DNA from: Trichoplax sp. H2
Taxonomy: Eukaryota
NCBI GenBank assembly: GCA_003344405.1
Contig: NOWV01000279.1
Coordinates: 1 to 64,000 of the forward strand
Reading direction: 5' to 3'
DNA: 64,000 nt
Shown here: positions 16,227 to 28,698 of the stretch, in pieces
Position numbering within the stretch: the first letter of the stretch is position 1
Layout: each line of letters starts with the position of its first letter
Notes under the pieces: generated by a model
What the model was told of the DNA's origin: nothing
The model's input: the letters and a program-made list of their open reading frames with translations, nothing else
Database searches by the model: none
Made by a program: the position numbers and the translations under genes

Positions 16227-16382
16227 TTATGTCAGAATTGAATTCAAAATCGTTATGTAAAATAGGCTATAATATGGATATTGTGGTACTGTATACAATG
16301 TACACTGTACAGTAGACTGTTACAAAATTATTCGCCATCGAGCTTCTACAATGGAACATAATATAAATTTTTCCAAAACTGT

Positions 16383-16545
16383 TGGATCTAATTGATTCAG
16401 TGATAATATTGGCAGCTTAATGGTACAGTATCAGTACTAGTCTACGATGGAGTGATGATGATAATGGATCTAATCATTTCAGAGGTAATGTATTGGCAGG
16501 CTAAGGTACAGCCTCAGTGTGGCCTACGATTGAATGATAATAATA
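16383..16545. repeat. Diverged two-copy tandem duplication, ~82 bp unit
   Basis: TGGATCTAAT..TATTGGCAG..GGTACAG..CTACGAT..TGATRATRAT occurs twice. Confidence 0.7.
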
Positions 16546-16784
16546 TCGTAGTTGATTTACTGTACTGTATCATCTAACTTGATTGATGATCAGTACTATC
16601 CGTTTTTGAGTGTCTAGTACGTAAATATACCCAAGACAGGATTATCTTCTGTTACAAAATGAATTGTTAATTTATAGGATTGGATTGATTGATGGAACAG
16701 AATTCCGTATCATTCTAAATTTTATAAGCCATAGTAGAGCATAACCATATCCGCGCAGTAACGGTTGCGCAGATCGAGAGTCCA

Positions 16785-16806
16785 TGTTTGTTATTGCCAT
16801 GGTAAC
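16785..16806 (+). promoter_or_regulatory. RFX X-box with adjacent forkhead-type site upstream of TTC25
   Basis: ATTGCCATGGTAAC (16793-16806) versus X-box consensus GTTGCCATGGCAAC. TGTTTGT (16785-16791) is RYAAAYA on the minus strand. The module lies ~165 bp before the ATG of a motile-cilia gene. Confidence 0.75.
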
Positions 16807-16971
16807 CGAGAGATTTCTGTATTCATCAAGTAAAAGTAGTGCTATTCGAGTTATATTGCTTGGGCCTTGTACTGTATATTCAATTAGTATCGGTTATTGC
16901 ATTGCAAAGCCAGTAAAAATTATAAAAACAATTTTACTATCCACGCATTTCATCCTCATTTCCAGTCCAAA

Positions 16972-19900
16972 ATGAATATGCCACGAGAAGAAGTTTACGA
17001 TCAAGACAACGATGAAGAAGAAATCCCTAAAAGTTCCTTCACAACTTATGTGGCTGAGGGAGACGCGTTATTCAAAAATAAAGAATATTATAAAGCACTA
17101 CAAAGCTATTCCACGGTAATATGACGTTAATTTCTGAAGAGGACATACAGTAACCCAGTAGCAACGTATTGAAAGTAGTTGTCGCTGATATTGAGATTCT
17201 TAATTAATCGTATACCTTAATCACTTCTATGATAATAAGATCTAAAATTAAGTCAATATAATATGCCTACTTTTAAATGTTTCAAATCGTACAAATTTTG
17301 AATAGTTAATCGTATTACACCCCCTACCATTTATATAAAAAAAATTGAAATTCTTCCAGTGTAAACCAAGTTAATTAACGTAGTACTTGATGATTCGAAT
17401 TATGTGATACTAGAACTCATAGCTGAATTACTTAGTTACTGATGACTTAGTTAGCTTCTGAATTAACTTTCTCAAGTAAATCAATCCAACAATTTAGTTC
17501 TCGATCTCATAGGTTAAGCGATAGCTGAGATCATAATAATATAGCAATATAGTTCATCTAGAACAAATAAAAAACTTTCTGAAATGTCAATTAAAGTTAT
17601 TCTTAATGATTCCAGTCGTGCTGTATTTCACAGCCAATAATGGCATAAGATGGTCATTTTATATCGTAGCAAGACTTTTAAATCATCGATTGTTATTCTT
17701 GATGCTTTGATTATTATGATATTTCATTATCGTGCTGTATGTTCGATTGAAATTGAATGATGTCCCGAAGGATTAGCTTGGCGAAGTTAGATTACACACT
17801 CGTTGAGAACTACCGCACTTTTTAGAGCTAAAAACGTAGTTTACAACTATTTTCCATCAATAGTAATTTTTTATTGATTAGATCCTTGAAAATTGTTCTA
17901 AAACAGATTTTTTGCTTATTTACTAATATGGCTAAGCTACTTTTGAGGAATTAACTTTAAATAGCGAATTTTAATCATTTTTTCTCGATGGAATCATTAT
18001 TAGATCAGATCTCGCTTAATTTATTAAGAATCAGATTTCTACTTCAGTAAAACTGTTTATTTTAATGGCTTAACCATAACCACTTTTAAAATAATAACAA
18101 CGGGTTCAGTTTGTAATTATCAATAGATGAAATTTATCACCCTTTCACTCCTGTTTTAATCATAAGTAGTTAAGCTAAAATGATTGCATGCAGTAACAAA
18201 TAGAGATTTTATTTGACTTTTATTAATAAAATATAGATCATATGGAATACTAAGCAAGTCTGTGCTTGTATTTTGATGAAATCTTCTCTTATATCATAGG
18301 CTCTGGAACTACAAACTGATAGTTACTGCCTAGTATCGAGATCAAAATGTTACCTGCAGATAGGAGACACAGACTCTGCCTTACGTGATGCCGAAGCCGC
18401 CTTAGCGGAAGATAGTAACTTTAGCAAGGTATAAACTTACTTTCTAAAAGTGATTAATAAAGACTAATTATTGTATGATAGACAACGTGGTGAAGCTAAT
18501 TTCCTAAAAATTTCTCATATCATATCATATCACTGAAGATAATTCTAGCTAAAAGTCAAAGTTGTAAATATAAATCTTATCCTATACCTCATGATTCAAA
18601 TTAATTATTACCGGTGATAATTCGATTCAGACATCTTTACAGTCAGAATCTTTAGTCAAGTCTCAATTAATGTCGCAACACAACATATCAATCATCTTTA
18701 AAAGAATATCAATTTAACGGGCAATGGAACAAATATTTTATAGGGATTACATGCTAAAGCTGAAGCTTTATATGCCATGGGAGACTTTGAATATGCTTTG
18801 GTTCATTACCATCGCGGACACAAGCTACGACCGGAGTTAAATGAATTTCGATTAGGAATTCAGAAAGCAAAGGAAGCTATCGATAATTCGATAGGAAGTA
18901 AGTAAAATCAGATAATAATAGGAGATTAATGAATCACGAATTACTATTATGAAGTATGAACGATAGAGTTATTGCCAATATTTCAACTGCCGGATTAATT
19001 AAATCGCTTTAATATTTTATTTCAGGCCCTTCACGCGTCAAGCTGGAGACTAAGGGTGATTTATCATTCTTTAACAAGCAGGATGAATCGGTAACAAAAA
19101 GCAAAGTTTCATTAATAGCTATCACATCGGTAAGCATGTTATTCATATCGAAATAGACTAATGTCTTGATGTATTTGAAGAATAAGAAATTAAAAAGTAT
19201 TGTCAAAGCTACATCGAATCGATTACCAGTTGGACTACACGCCAATCCTCTCGGACAAAGAAAGAAATCTACAAAACCAGTTGAAAGCTCGGATAAAACT
19301 ATCAAACAGGTTATCTATTGAACACTGTTCTATAATATCAAGTAATGACAATAACGCGGTAATTAAATTTTCAAGTATTCTATTGATATTCACTGTTATT
19401 TTCTAAAATTGAATATAGCTACTCGGGGAACTGTATGAAGACAAATTATATCTAGAAAAGTTATTAAGCAACGGAGGTAAATGCTCAAATTATTCATCCT
19501 ATGAAAATCTATGAGTCTGGTTAAATTCTAGCAATTTCTTGCTTAGAGTTGCTTAGCTATACATTTTGAATAGTTAAATCATTTACATAGTTCCTTTTTC
19601 CTTCCTTTATTAATAGTTTCTTCAATTTTAGTTACTATGTATTACATAAGCTTATCTATTAACCAAGCTCCTTTAACGCTAATATAGATTTTGTACATGG
19701 TAAACACGATCAAGCCATTTACCAGTGTATACAAGAAGGTTTAGGCTACTTGGACAGTAGGACCGAGTTTTGGAGGCAACAAAAACCACTCTATGCTCGA
19801 AAGAAGCAAAAGAAAGCAAACAAAGATAGAAGAAGCAAGAGCCCAACTCATCGTATCCTAATTATGGAAAAACTTTGAAGCTAAAAATGATCCTTATCTC

Positions 19901-21637
19901 TGTTTACTGTGATTAGTGTTTATGTTTTTGTCAATAATTATCCAGCGTTACACAAAATGGATATGAATTTTCAATAATTTCCTTAACATGATACAAATTA
20001 GAATCTAACATGACAAAATATATCGTTCATACACTGGAAGAAATTGATGCAGGTAAGATTAATCATCTAGTAGGTAGACCTACTTACATATAATAATCTA
20101 TGGAGCTTTTACAAATAGAATATATGTAATCTTATATTCTATAAGCGTTACACATCTCCACTTAAGGTCTTAAGACTGCAGTAAACTAGTATTCTGCGTT
20201 GGAACCTTTCAGAATATATGTAGTTTTATATACTATAAGCCATACAGCACATGCCGACAGTTTTATGCAAATCCCCAGTTAAAGTCCAATGATTGCAATT
20301 AACTATTTACAAAATTATCAGAGCTAACTCCATTGGTCAATGCTCACTCGGCATATATCTTAATTTATACTTTACTTTTCCTACTTAATGATGGTAGCTC
20401 TCGCTGAAGGCAGACCTGATGATGGACTGAAAAAAGCTCAGTCATGCCTTCGAACAGTTGAATCGCTTGATATCGAAGATGTACCGAATAAAATGGAAGT
20501 CATAGCTAATCTACACAGTTGTATTGGTAATGCTATGTTTGATCAAGGTAATATGGATGGCGCTCTGGTACATCATCGAAAAGATCTGGAGATTGGCAAG
20601 AAGAAGTGCGTAAAAATATGCCTTGTCACTTAAATTATTACTACACATTATCTTAATAACTAGAGCTACTTTGATATATCGGTAACCCTTAAGGTGTTTG
20701 TTAATCCCAAGCGTGTTAATTTTACGTTATTAGTGAGATACAAGAAGCGATTGGACGTGCATTAGACAACATGGGTCGTGTCTATGCTAGAAAAGGAGAA
20801 TTCGCTAAAGCAATTGATTTGTACGTGTTGTATGGGATAGCATGATAGCATATTATCCTAAGTCGAGGTGGTCATGCTCTATAATAAGTTAATTTATCGT
20901 TTTCTGCTCTATATTTACAACAGTTGGGAGGAGAAACTACCTATGAAACAAACACCTTTGGAAAGCACTTGGCTATACCACGAAATTGGACGTTGCCATT
21001 TGGAATTAGAACATTACGTTGAAGCACGACGCTATGGTGAGAAATCGCTTGCCAATGCTGAAGAAGCTCAAGATAATGAATGGCAGCTCAATGCTTGTGT
21101 ACTCATTGCCCAAGCAAATGGTAAAAGAATAGCATTGAAATTGATTGCCCTTAGGTACTAATGTTTGTTCGGGTTTTGTACGCTAGCTAACAGGATCAAT
21201 CTTTCTGTCTTATAGTTAAGTTGAGCAACATTGCAGATGCAGTAGAAATGTTCGAGAGAGGACTTGAAATTGCCAAGGTAATTGGTGACAAGAAAGCAGA
21301 AAAAGGAATACAACGTGCACTTGAAGACACGAGTGCCAAACTTATTGCTAATATGAAAAATAATAGACGTGGAAGCGAAAGTGATAGTAGACCTACTACT
21401 ACTGAGCAAGAAGCTCAAGATGACTATGAACGCGACGCAGAAGAAGTTGCTGATGAAGTTCAGAGCGAAACTAATAAAGATGATGATGCCAGCAAGTACG
21501 AAGAATCTGTAAAGGAGGACGACAATGATGAAGGCAATGATGTCGATAATACGAATACAGAAGAGGATGACCGTAACGGTAGAAATGATGCAAAGGCACA
21601 AGATGAGGCTGCAGAAGAAGTACCTGAAGAAGATTAA
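16972..21637 (+). CDS. TTC25: TPR protein TTC25 / outer dynein arm docking complex subunit 4, 12 exons
   Basis: Exons ~16972-17116, 18300-18428, 18744-18897, 19026-19090, 19180-19309, 19419-19476, 19688-19852, 20002-20052, 20398-20605, 20733-20820, 20924-21121, 21215-21637. Motifs SFTTYVAEGD, GDFEYALVHYHRGHKLRPELNEFRLGIQKA, LLGELYEDKLYLEKLL, YLDSRTEFWRQQKP, ANLHSCIGNA, WEEKLP..TWLYHEIGRCHLEL. Confidence 0.93.
19853..20001 (+). other. Probable U12-type (minor spliceosome) GT-AG intron in TTC25
   Basis: 5' site GTATCCTA; branch site TTTCCTTAAC at 19978-19987, 14 nt before the intron end; no polypyrimidine tract. Splicing keeps the frame (..PTH-Q-SNMTKYIVHTLEEID). Confidence 0.8.
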
Positions 21638-23891
21638 TTTAAGATTGCAATCATATCGATTTCATTGGATATAAACAATCATATTTTTATGGCTGCTAGC
21701 GGTTGTATTTTGCCGCTAATTGCCCATATCGATTCTCAATTCTTAGAGTAATAGTTAACGATGCTTCTTGCTTTCTGCATCTGATGTTATATTTCACTTC
21801 ATGATCTCTTCTTAATTAGAACTGTATATGGTTAGTTTTATGATATCACTGTATCGTATACATAACTTTAATGTATTTAGTCTTCTATATTGATAATTTT
21901 AAATATCAATCATAATTCCATAATGCTGGTAAGGATTACCATTATCATGAAATAATTTGCTGTTTAGCGATGTTGGCCCGTTCTTAATGGTCTTTCCTTA
22001 ATACTTTATAGATCTAACTAACATGATATTGATGGCTGTAATTGTAATAAAAGACGAGTTAATATGAATTTAAATATAAATAAACGCTAATTTTTATCAT
22101 TAATTGGGTTTTATAATTTATTCTATCAAGATATAGCCAAGTTAGGATACCAGATAGGAGACGAATACATTGCTTACCATTGTAGTGATTCTTGGCAAAA
22201 TTAGTTAATTAGTATAAATTGCAGATATCCTCGTAACTTTCAGTAGAGGAAATTATTGGCTTACTTCTTAACGTAATCGATAGAATTGTCAAATCTTTTG
22301 ATATATGAATACTGAGCTACAGGTTATCAAAACGTGACAATATCTCACGATGGCGATATCCGCTAGTGAAGTTTAAATATTATTTACTATCATCTTAGTC
22401 TATTATATATAGACTACCAAATTATGACAGCATGTCTTAATGATGTCTTTAAATTTACGAAGGCTTAAAAAGAGTTTTTGAGCTCCATCTTAGAATAGAA
22501 TTTTAAATTATGGCTGCATCTTGAGTAGCAATAGGGTAATTCTGTTCCTATCCTTGATAAGGCTACTTATTATACTGCTTATTATCATTAAAAGTAAGTA
22601 TAATCTAGATAGTATAATTTGTACTATGTAATTAGTGACCCATATTTATTAGATTGATTTTGTATAGTTAATGAATAATCATCATTGAAAAATAAATAAA
22701 ATCATTAAAATCTAGACCGTTTCAGTATATTACTGTACCTGATAGTTATTTGCTTAGTTATATATTGGATAGACTTTTATGAAATTATTAATAGAGCTAA
22801 CACTTTCAACGCTAAGGCGGCAATAGGTTACAATTCGGTTACAAATCTTCATAAGGTTAGTTATTTTATAGCTTACTATTGTATAATCTTGTAGTGATTA
22901 CAGCTAGTTACAGTAGATATATGTTATAGGGATGAGAACCCAAGCACTAAAAATCTAGATAGCATAATCTGCAGTGTGTAATTGGTTAGCTGCATTTATT
23001 AGATTTATTTTGTATAGGTAATACATGATCATTTCATCGTTAATTGTGGCTGGCTAATTGCAGGTATGACTATCAACTAACTTTAGTAATGTCTACATCT
23101 AGCTGATTATTACTGGAAATAGTAAACAACATGTATACTGTATTATTAAACTGTCCGATTAGGTCTGCTATCAATATTTATTATTCTAGTTTTATATCTA
23201 GAAATTGACATTAAAATTTTTATGGCACTTTATGTAAAGGCTGCAGTATATATGGGGGAAACCTCTCGAAGTATCCCAGTTACAGGACGTATATTATATG
23301 CATATTACAATGCAACAAAATAGAATTTTTCAGAATAACAAAAGGTGCCTGTAGCGATTAGAATAGCTATGGCATATCCTTGTACCTATTTGCTGCTGTG
23401 ATGTGATATTAGCATAAAATCAATTAAGAAACCAGGCTGTCTTCCGCTTTATTTACCTTATTATAGGCTACATTATTATCTTTTTTTTAATGGATACAAT
23501 AGTTGTCCTACATTAATAAATTTCAGCTTGAATTTCTATTCGTCTGTTGGTCTTCTGGAATGATAAACATCTCCTAGCAAATTAGAGTTATAACAATTTA
23601 AAGGGTTTCATCAATAGTGCCGAAAAATATTAGGATAGCGAGATTTAATACGATTGGATAATGTAGTTGTTAAGATAATCACCATGATACAATAGTTATT
23701 TGAGTTTTATGATAAATTATGAACTGTCTACATATTCTATTTTTTTACTTTCTATATCTTCCGTTCTTCCTATAGCTGTTTCAGACTATGAATAGCATTC
23801 TAATCGGAAAGATTATTCCATTAACCATTTGGCCCTAATTACGATAAATGTGCTTTTGAGAAATTGTCTCCGTCAACAATTTACAGTAAAG

Positions 23892-24896
23892 ATGGCAGCG
23901 GCAACTGAATACAAAGTATGGAAATACCCAAGATGCGATAAGGATAACTGCTCTAGTCAACAGCATTTTGGACATTTAAGGATTACTAATTTAGTTCATG
24001 CCACACATTTAAAATTCGCCATTAGTATCTGTACTGCTAATCAAGATTATTATGCCTTCAGAATGAGAGGATTGAATCTAGCGAATAACCGAAAGCAATC
24101 CCATGAAATTGGAGCGTGTTTTGGAATTCGAACGGCTAAAATGACTTCTACTAATGATGGTATCTATCAGACCAACCCATATATGAAAGAATCAACCTAT
24201 CAACGATATTCGCCTGCTTTTAATCAAACGCGTTATGGAGGTGTTCAATTCATTGTTCATGAAGAGTTAACGAAAAAATTAATTCAGCAGTGTGTAAAAA
24301 AATCCCTGTTTACTGCTAGACATAAATCAAAATTTTCGCAACGCATTAAATTATCGATATCAGGGGGTAGCTATCATGCTTATTCGTCAACAAACGATGA
24401 TTTAGCATACTCCAACTGGTCAGATATTTTATGCTGCGATAATCAAAGTGGTTACTGGTTTTGGAATTATCATAAAATTCCAACGTGGAAGGGCGGAAAA
24501 TTTCCATGGGAAGAGCTTGAATTTACTATTAACGGCGATGATAACGCGCGAATTATGGATAACCAATGTAGAAACAGCTCGCTACCCTACTGCAAGATCG
24601 ATATCCAAAATAATCATCGCTATTTGTACATCCGGAAAGATATGATAAAAATTCAAGTTTTAGATCATCCAACATCGCATTCTTCTCGACAATATAAAAG
24701 TAACCGAGATGATTTTTGTATTCCCAGTATGAGGGAGCAAAATGATGGGTACAATTTTACTTGCCAATTTCAGGAATTTAAAGCAAAATTAAATGCAATG
24801 CAAGTTACAAATGAATTATATCGTAGCTGTGATTTATTCTTAAATAAGGACGATTTTGAAATTTCAACAAGGGAATACATCAAAGATTTGGATTAA
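23892..24896 (+). CDS. Uncharacterised ~334-aa protein with an intronless CDS; candidate ADP-ribosyltransferase-like fold
   Basis: Longest ORF in the window (1 kb open in very AT-rich DNA). Start context AAGATGG follows a TTTACAG acceptor-like site. Motifs LVHATH, SPAF..RYGGVQF, WEELEF. The ORF is well supported; the function is inference. Confidence 0.8.
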   Translation: MAAATEYKVWKYPRCDKDNCSSQQHFGHLRITNLVHATHLKFAISICTANQDYYAFRMRGLNLANNRKQSHEIGACFGIRTAKMTSTNDGIYQTNPYMKESTYQRYSPAFNQTRYGGVQFIVHEELTKKLIQQCVKKSLFTARHKSKFSQRIKLSISGGSYHAYSSTNDDLAYSNWSDILCCDNQSGYWFWNYHKIPTWKGGKFPWEELEFTINGDDNARIMDNQCRNSSLPYCKIDIQNNHRYLYIRKDMIKIQVLDHPTSHSSRQYKSNRDDFCIPSMREQNDGYNFTCQFQEFKAKLNAMQVTNELYRSCDLFLNKDDFEISTREYIKDLD

Positions 24897-27800
24897 CTTT
24901 TTCCTAATCAACGTATACGCCAGGAAGCTGTTATCCCCAATTTTATCTGTTTTGATATTCTAATATTGAAGATACTATCGACTAATGATAATATTGACCC
25001 CAAATGTTTTCCGTTTACATCAGGCGTGTAATGATTTTCAGATAATGGTAGTTACACAGTGGGCAGCTAATAGGATGAGATGGTGCACTTGTAGTATTTT
25101 TATTATGAGATTGGGATTTTCCAATTAAGGCTGTATCTGATAGCCAACTATAGGATTAACAGTAAAGACAGGAGACTACAACTCGGTCATTAACATTGCA
25201 AGGCAACACAGCTATTGGATCTAAGCCTATTTTCGAATTGCAATAGTTAATGATCTTGCCAATCCTACGAAAGGTGACGTAAGTAATGCAGAATCCGTCA
25301 ATGGTATATATCAAAGGAATATTCATATTTAGCTCGATTTCTAATTCAGCCAGGAGAATAGTTTTTCCTTTTAAAAAATGTTCCAAGGATATTAAGATTA
25401 ATGTTCTACAGTAATATACGTACGTTGTTCCTTCTTCTTTCTCGATTAGTTTATTTATGAAAAAACATTATAAATCATATATTGGAATACTTTAGAAAAG
25501 CCATAAGAACATCGAAGATTGCTATTCTGCGGTATTACAACTACCGTGGGCATTATTCAAACTATGGACTTCAGTTGGTATCTTCATCAGCCGCTATATA
25601 TACACTACCGACGATTAATTTAGAATCAAAAGCAAGTAATTTGAAGCTTGATCTTGGAGATAAGCTCAGAGATAATTTATGAACGTTGTTCTACGTATAA
25701 CGCTTTCTCCTCTAAGATAGTTTTCTTTAGTGGTTAGCTAAAGGGATTCCAGTTATAGATCGAATTATCACGTAATCGCTATCTGCAAGTCTACTAGATA
25801 ATAATTCTTAATATTCATATGTGCTAAAATTTCGGTCTTGAAATGACTTACTGCACTCATGAGAAATTTAAATAATGCAGTGCAGAATTTTGTAATTTTT
25901 TCATAAGGGACCCACAGAGATGTAAATTAAAATCGCAACCGTTTCAATTTGGTAAAGATATTCAGACTAGCTTAAAAACATATAATACATATTTTGATAA
26001 AATCCGTTAATTAGAGTTTATTATTAATTGCAGTTTGGAAATAAGAAATTGTGACTATGATAGCAAATAAATTAGGCAGTCTAATAACAATATTAAATAG
26101 TGACTAACTCACTAACTATACTGATCACATCATAATCTAGATGGATAATTTTTCATCCATTAAAGGATAATCTAAGTAATACAATAACATGTGATTCTTG
26201 CAGCTCTAGAAAGTTATTACGTTGGCTGTATTTTACACTTTAGAAATAATAAATGACTGTTATTATATTACAGAAACGTTTAAGTGTCTCATTATCTTTC
26301 CTTATCATCATATCTGCAGGATCTACTTTTGACTTGACAGGCTTTCTTGCATTCTTTAAGAATAATTTGCTATTCACTATTATTTCTTTCTTCTCTATTT
26401 CAATAATAATGCGATCTATTATGTAGTGCCGTTCCTTTAATATCAAGAAAGAAAACAATATACTAAGCCGAAATGATGTTCTATTAAGAACTAAGCTATT
26501 GTTTTTGGTATAGGATTTCTTGCTAGAATTGAACTTTCATCCACTTTATTAAATTTTATCTAATAATAAAATTAAAATACAATAGACTATCATCTATTGT
26601 ATTCTATGTTATCTATGCTATCTAAGATCAGTTCGCTTAATATTATATTCCTTAGCCATATTATTATACCTAACATATGAATACAGAAAACTAGATTAGG
26701 CATGAACAATAATATGTCTAATTGTTCTTCCCGTATTATCTACAGTTATAATTAAATCGACTAAACATCACCTTCAGTACTTATGTTCAGCCATAAATGA
26801 CGACTGTAGCGTATCTTTACGAAACCATCAGTATTAAGCACTAATATAATCACATCGATTAGATACTGTATTTATCGATGATGATAATTTGTAGCTAATC
26901 TGAACTTAACAGAAAGCTAGATGATAACAAAAAGCCATTAATTAACTGCCGGATTGCTAATAAAGTCTAGCACGATTAGAGAGATATTGGATGTCAGCGG
27001 TGGGCTGAGATCTACAGGAAAATGTTATAGTCATCGTTATTTTGTTATCAAATTGAGAATTAAATCGCAGGAGTCCAATATTTACTTATTTCTTGCAAAA
27101 CATTCGAAATATCCTCGGAAAATGAAAGGATCTAAATATAGCTAAATATAGATTATGAACTTACATAAAGGGGTCTGTTAGATATCTTGTTCAATGACTG
27201 TAAATATTTAGCTGCTCCTAGAGTGAGTTAGATGCGAACTGGTTGTCCACTGTTGAGGTCGAGATGATGTCTTGCCGATCATGATTTAGAAATTGGAAAA
27301 GAATTTATTAAAATAGTTCTTCATCAGTTCGTTTTAAGTTGCTAATAAATCTATTTGATCCCATAATTAATATTGTAGCAATTGAAGAACAAACCGAAGA
27401 ACAAGATTGTCGAATATTACATACTGCTTTTTAATCTTCCCTGATTTAAAAAGTTCAAGCTAAAAATCTCAAATAGGGCCCCTAGCTCGCCTTTGCAATA
27501 CACACATGTTACTAGCAACTCTAGCATCTTGCACTAAAATTGTTTACAATCAGCAATTATAACAAGATATAGTCTCACTTGTTATATGACGGTAAAAATT
27601 TAAAATTCGTTACAATTGTATTATGAAAGCGATAGAACTGTATTAAACAGAGATAGAAATAGCGATATCTATATTGCAACAATGATTGCCGATGTTCTTC
27701 TTAATTGATCAACGAAGATTTACTGCCTCTCTATCGCATCACATAGGTCAAAGTTTACTCAGAAAGTGATCAATCATTATTTAGTTCATATATCATAGAT

Positions 27801-28698
27801 ATAGCGGCTAGGCAATTAGATAAATTCACGTAATCTTAACTGCTATCACTTAACATTTTCTACTTGTACAACAGAATGCCAACCCAACATGAAATTTAGC
27901 TTGGATTAGTAGCAGACATACAGACAGAGAGATAGAGTGTGCTTGGCGCTCCGCGCAGATTGCAAAAGTAAATTAAATGCATAACCACAAATGTTATAAT
28001 TAGCTTTCACCATGAAAAATTCTATTTGAATTATTCATGACTGCTATGATTATCGCTGTAGGCGATTTAAATCATCATATACTAAATGATTAACGATCAG
28101 ACTGATATTATCTCCACGAAATTAAATCTATCATTATCGTAACGATCGCCCTATAGGTAAAATCATTTTAATGCCTATCAACTTCATTACTAAGTATATT
28201 AGATTAATTCTAAACAGATTAATTAACGTAAAAAGCTGTAGCTGACTGTTGCCAAGTCAGACTACACATAGTATGAATCTTAATGGCCATCAAGGCATGA
28301 TAGAATAGCACTATCAATTTATTCCTTCAGGCTATCAATCAAGTAGACTTCTAATTAACATATTGTAAACTATGCAGATCACGTTAGTACCCAGGCTTTT
28401 ATCATAACCAATTGACCATTGTCTTGTTGATCGTTAATATGCAAGTAATTATTCAACTTTTTATTTATTTGCTTGGTCTTTTGCTCTATATGCTAATGAC
28501 TGTTAATGCTGATATTGTTATGATCTTTCCGATGCTGATCATTCTTTAATCACTACTGTACGAGTACCATATTATACTAACCTGGATTAAGTTAGTTGGA
28601 CCCTAACTTGATTTCCTCCTTGATCTTATTCGTAGCATCTGGCGCGTTCATTTTGACCCATTTATCTAACCTAATTTGTTCAATTGATAGTTTCAATT

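Noticed and set aside
21158..21601. 147-aa hydrophobic minus-strand ORF
   Set aside because: Antisense shadow of the acidic TTC25 last exon.
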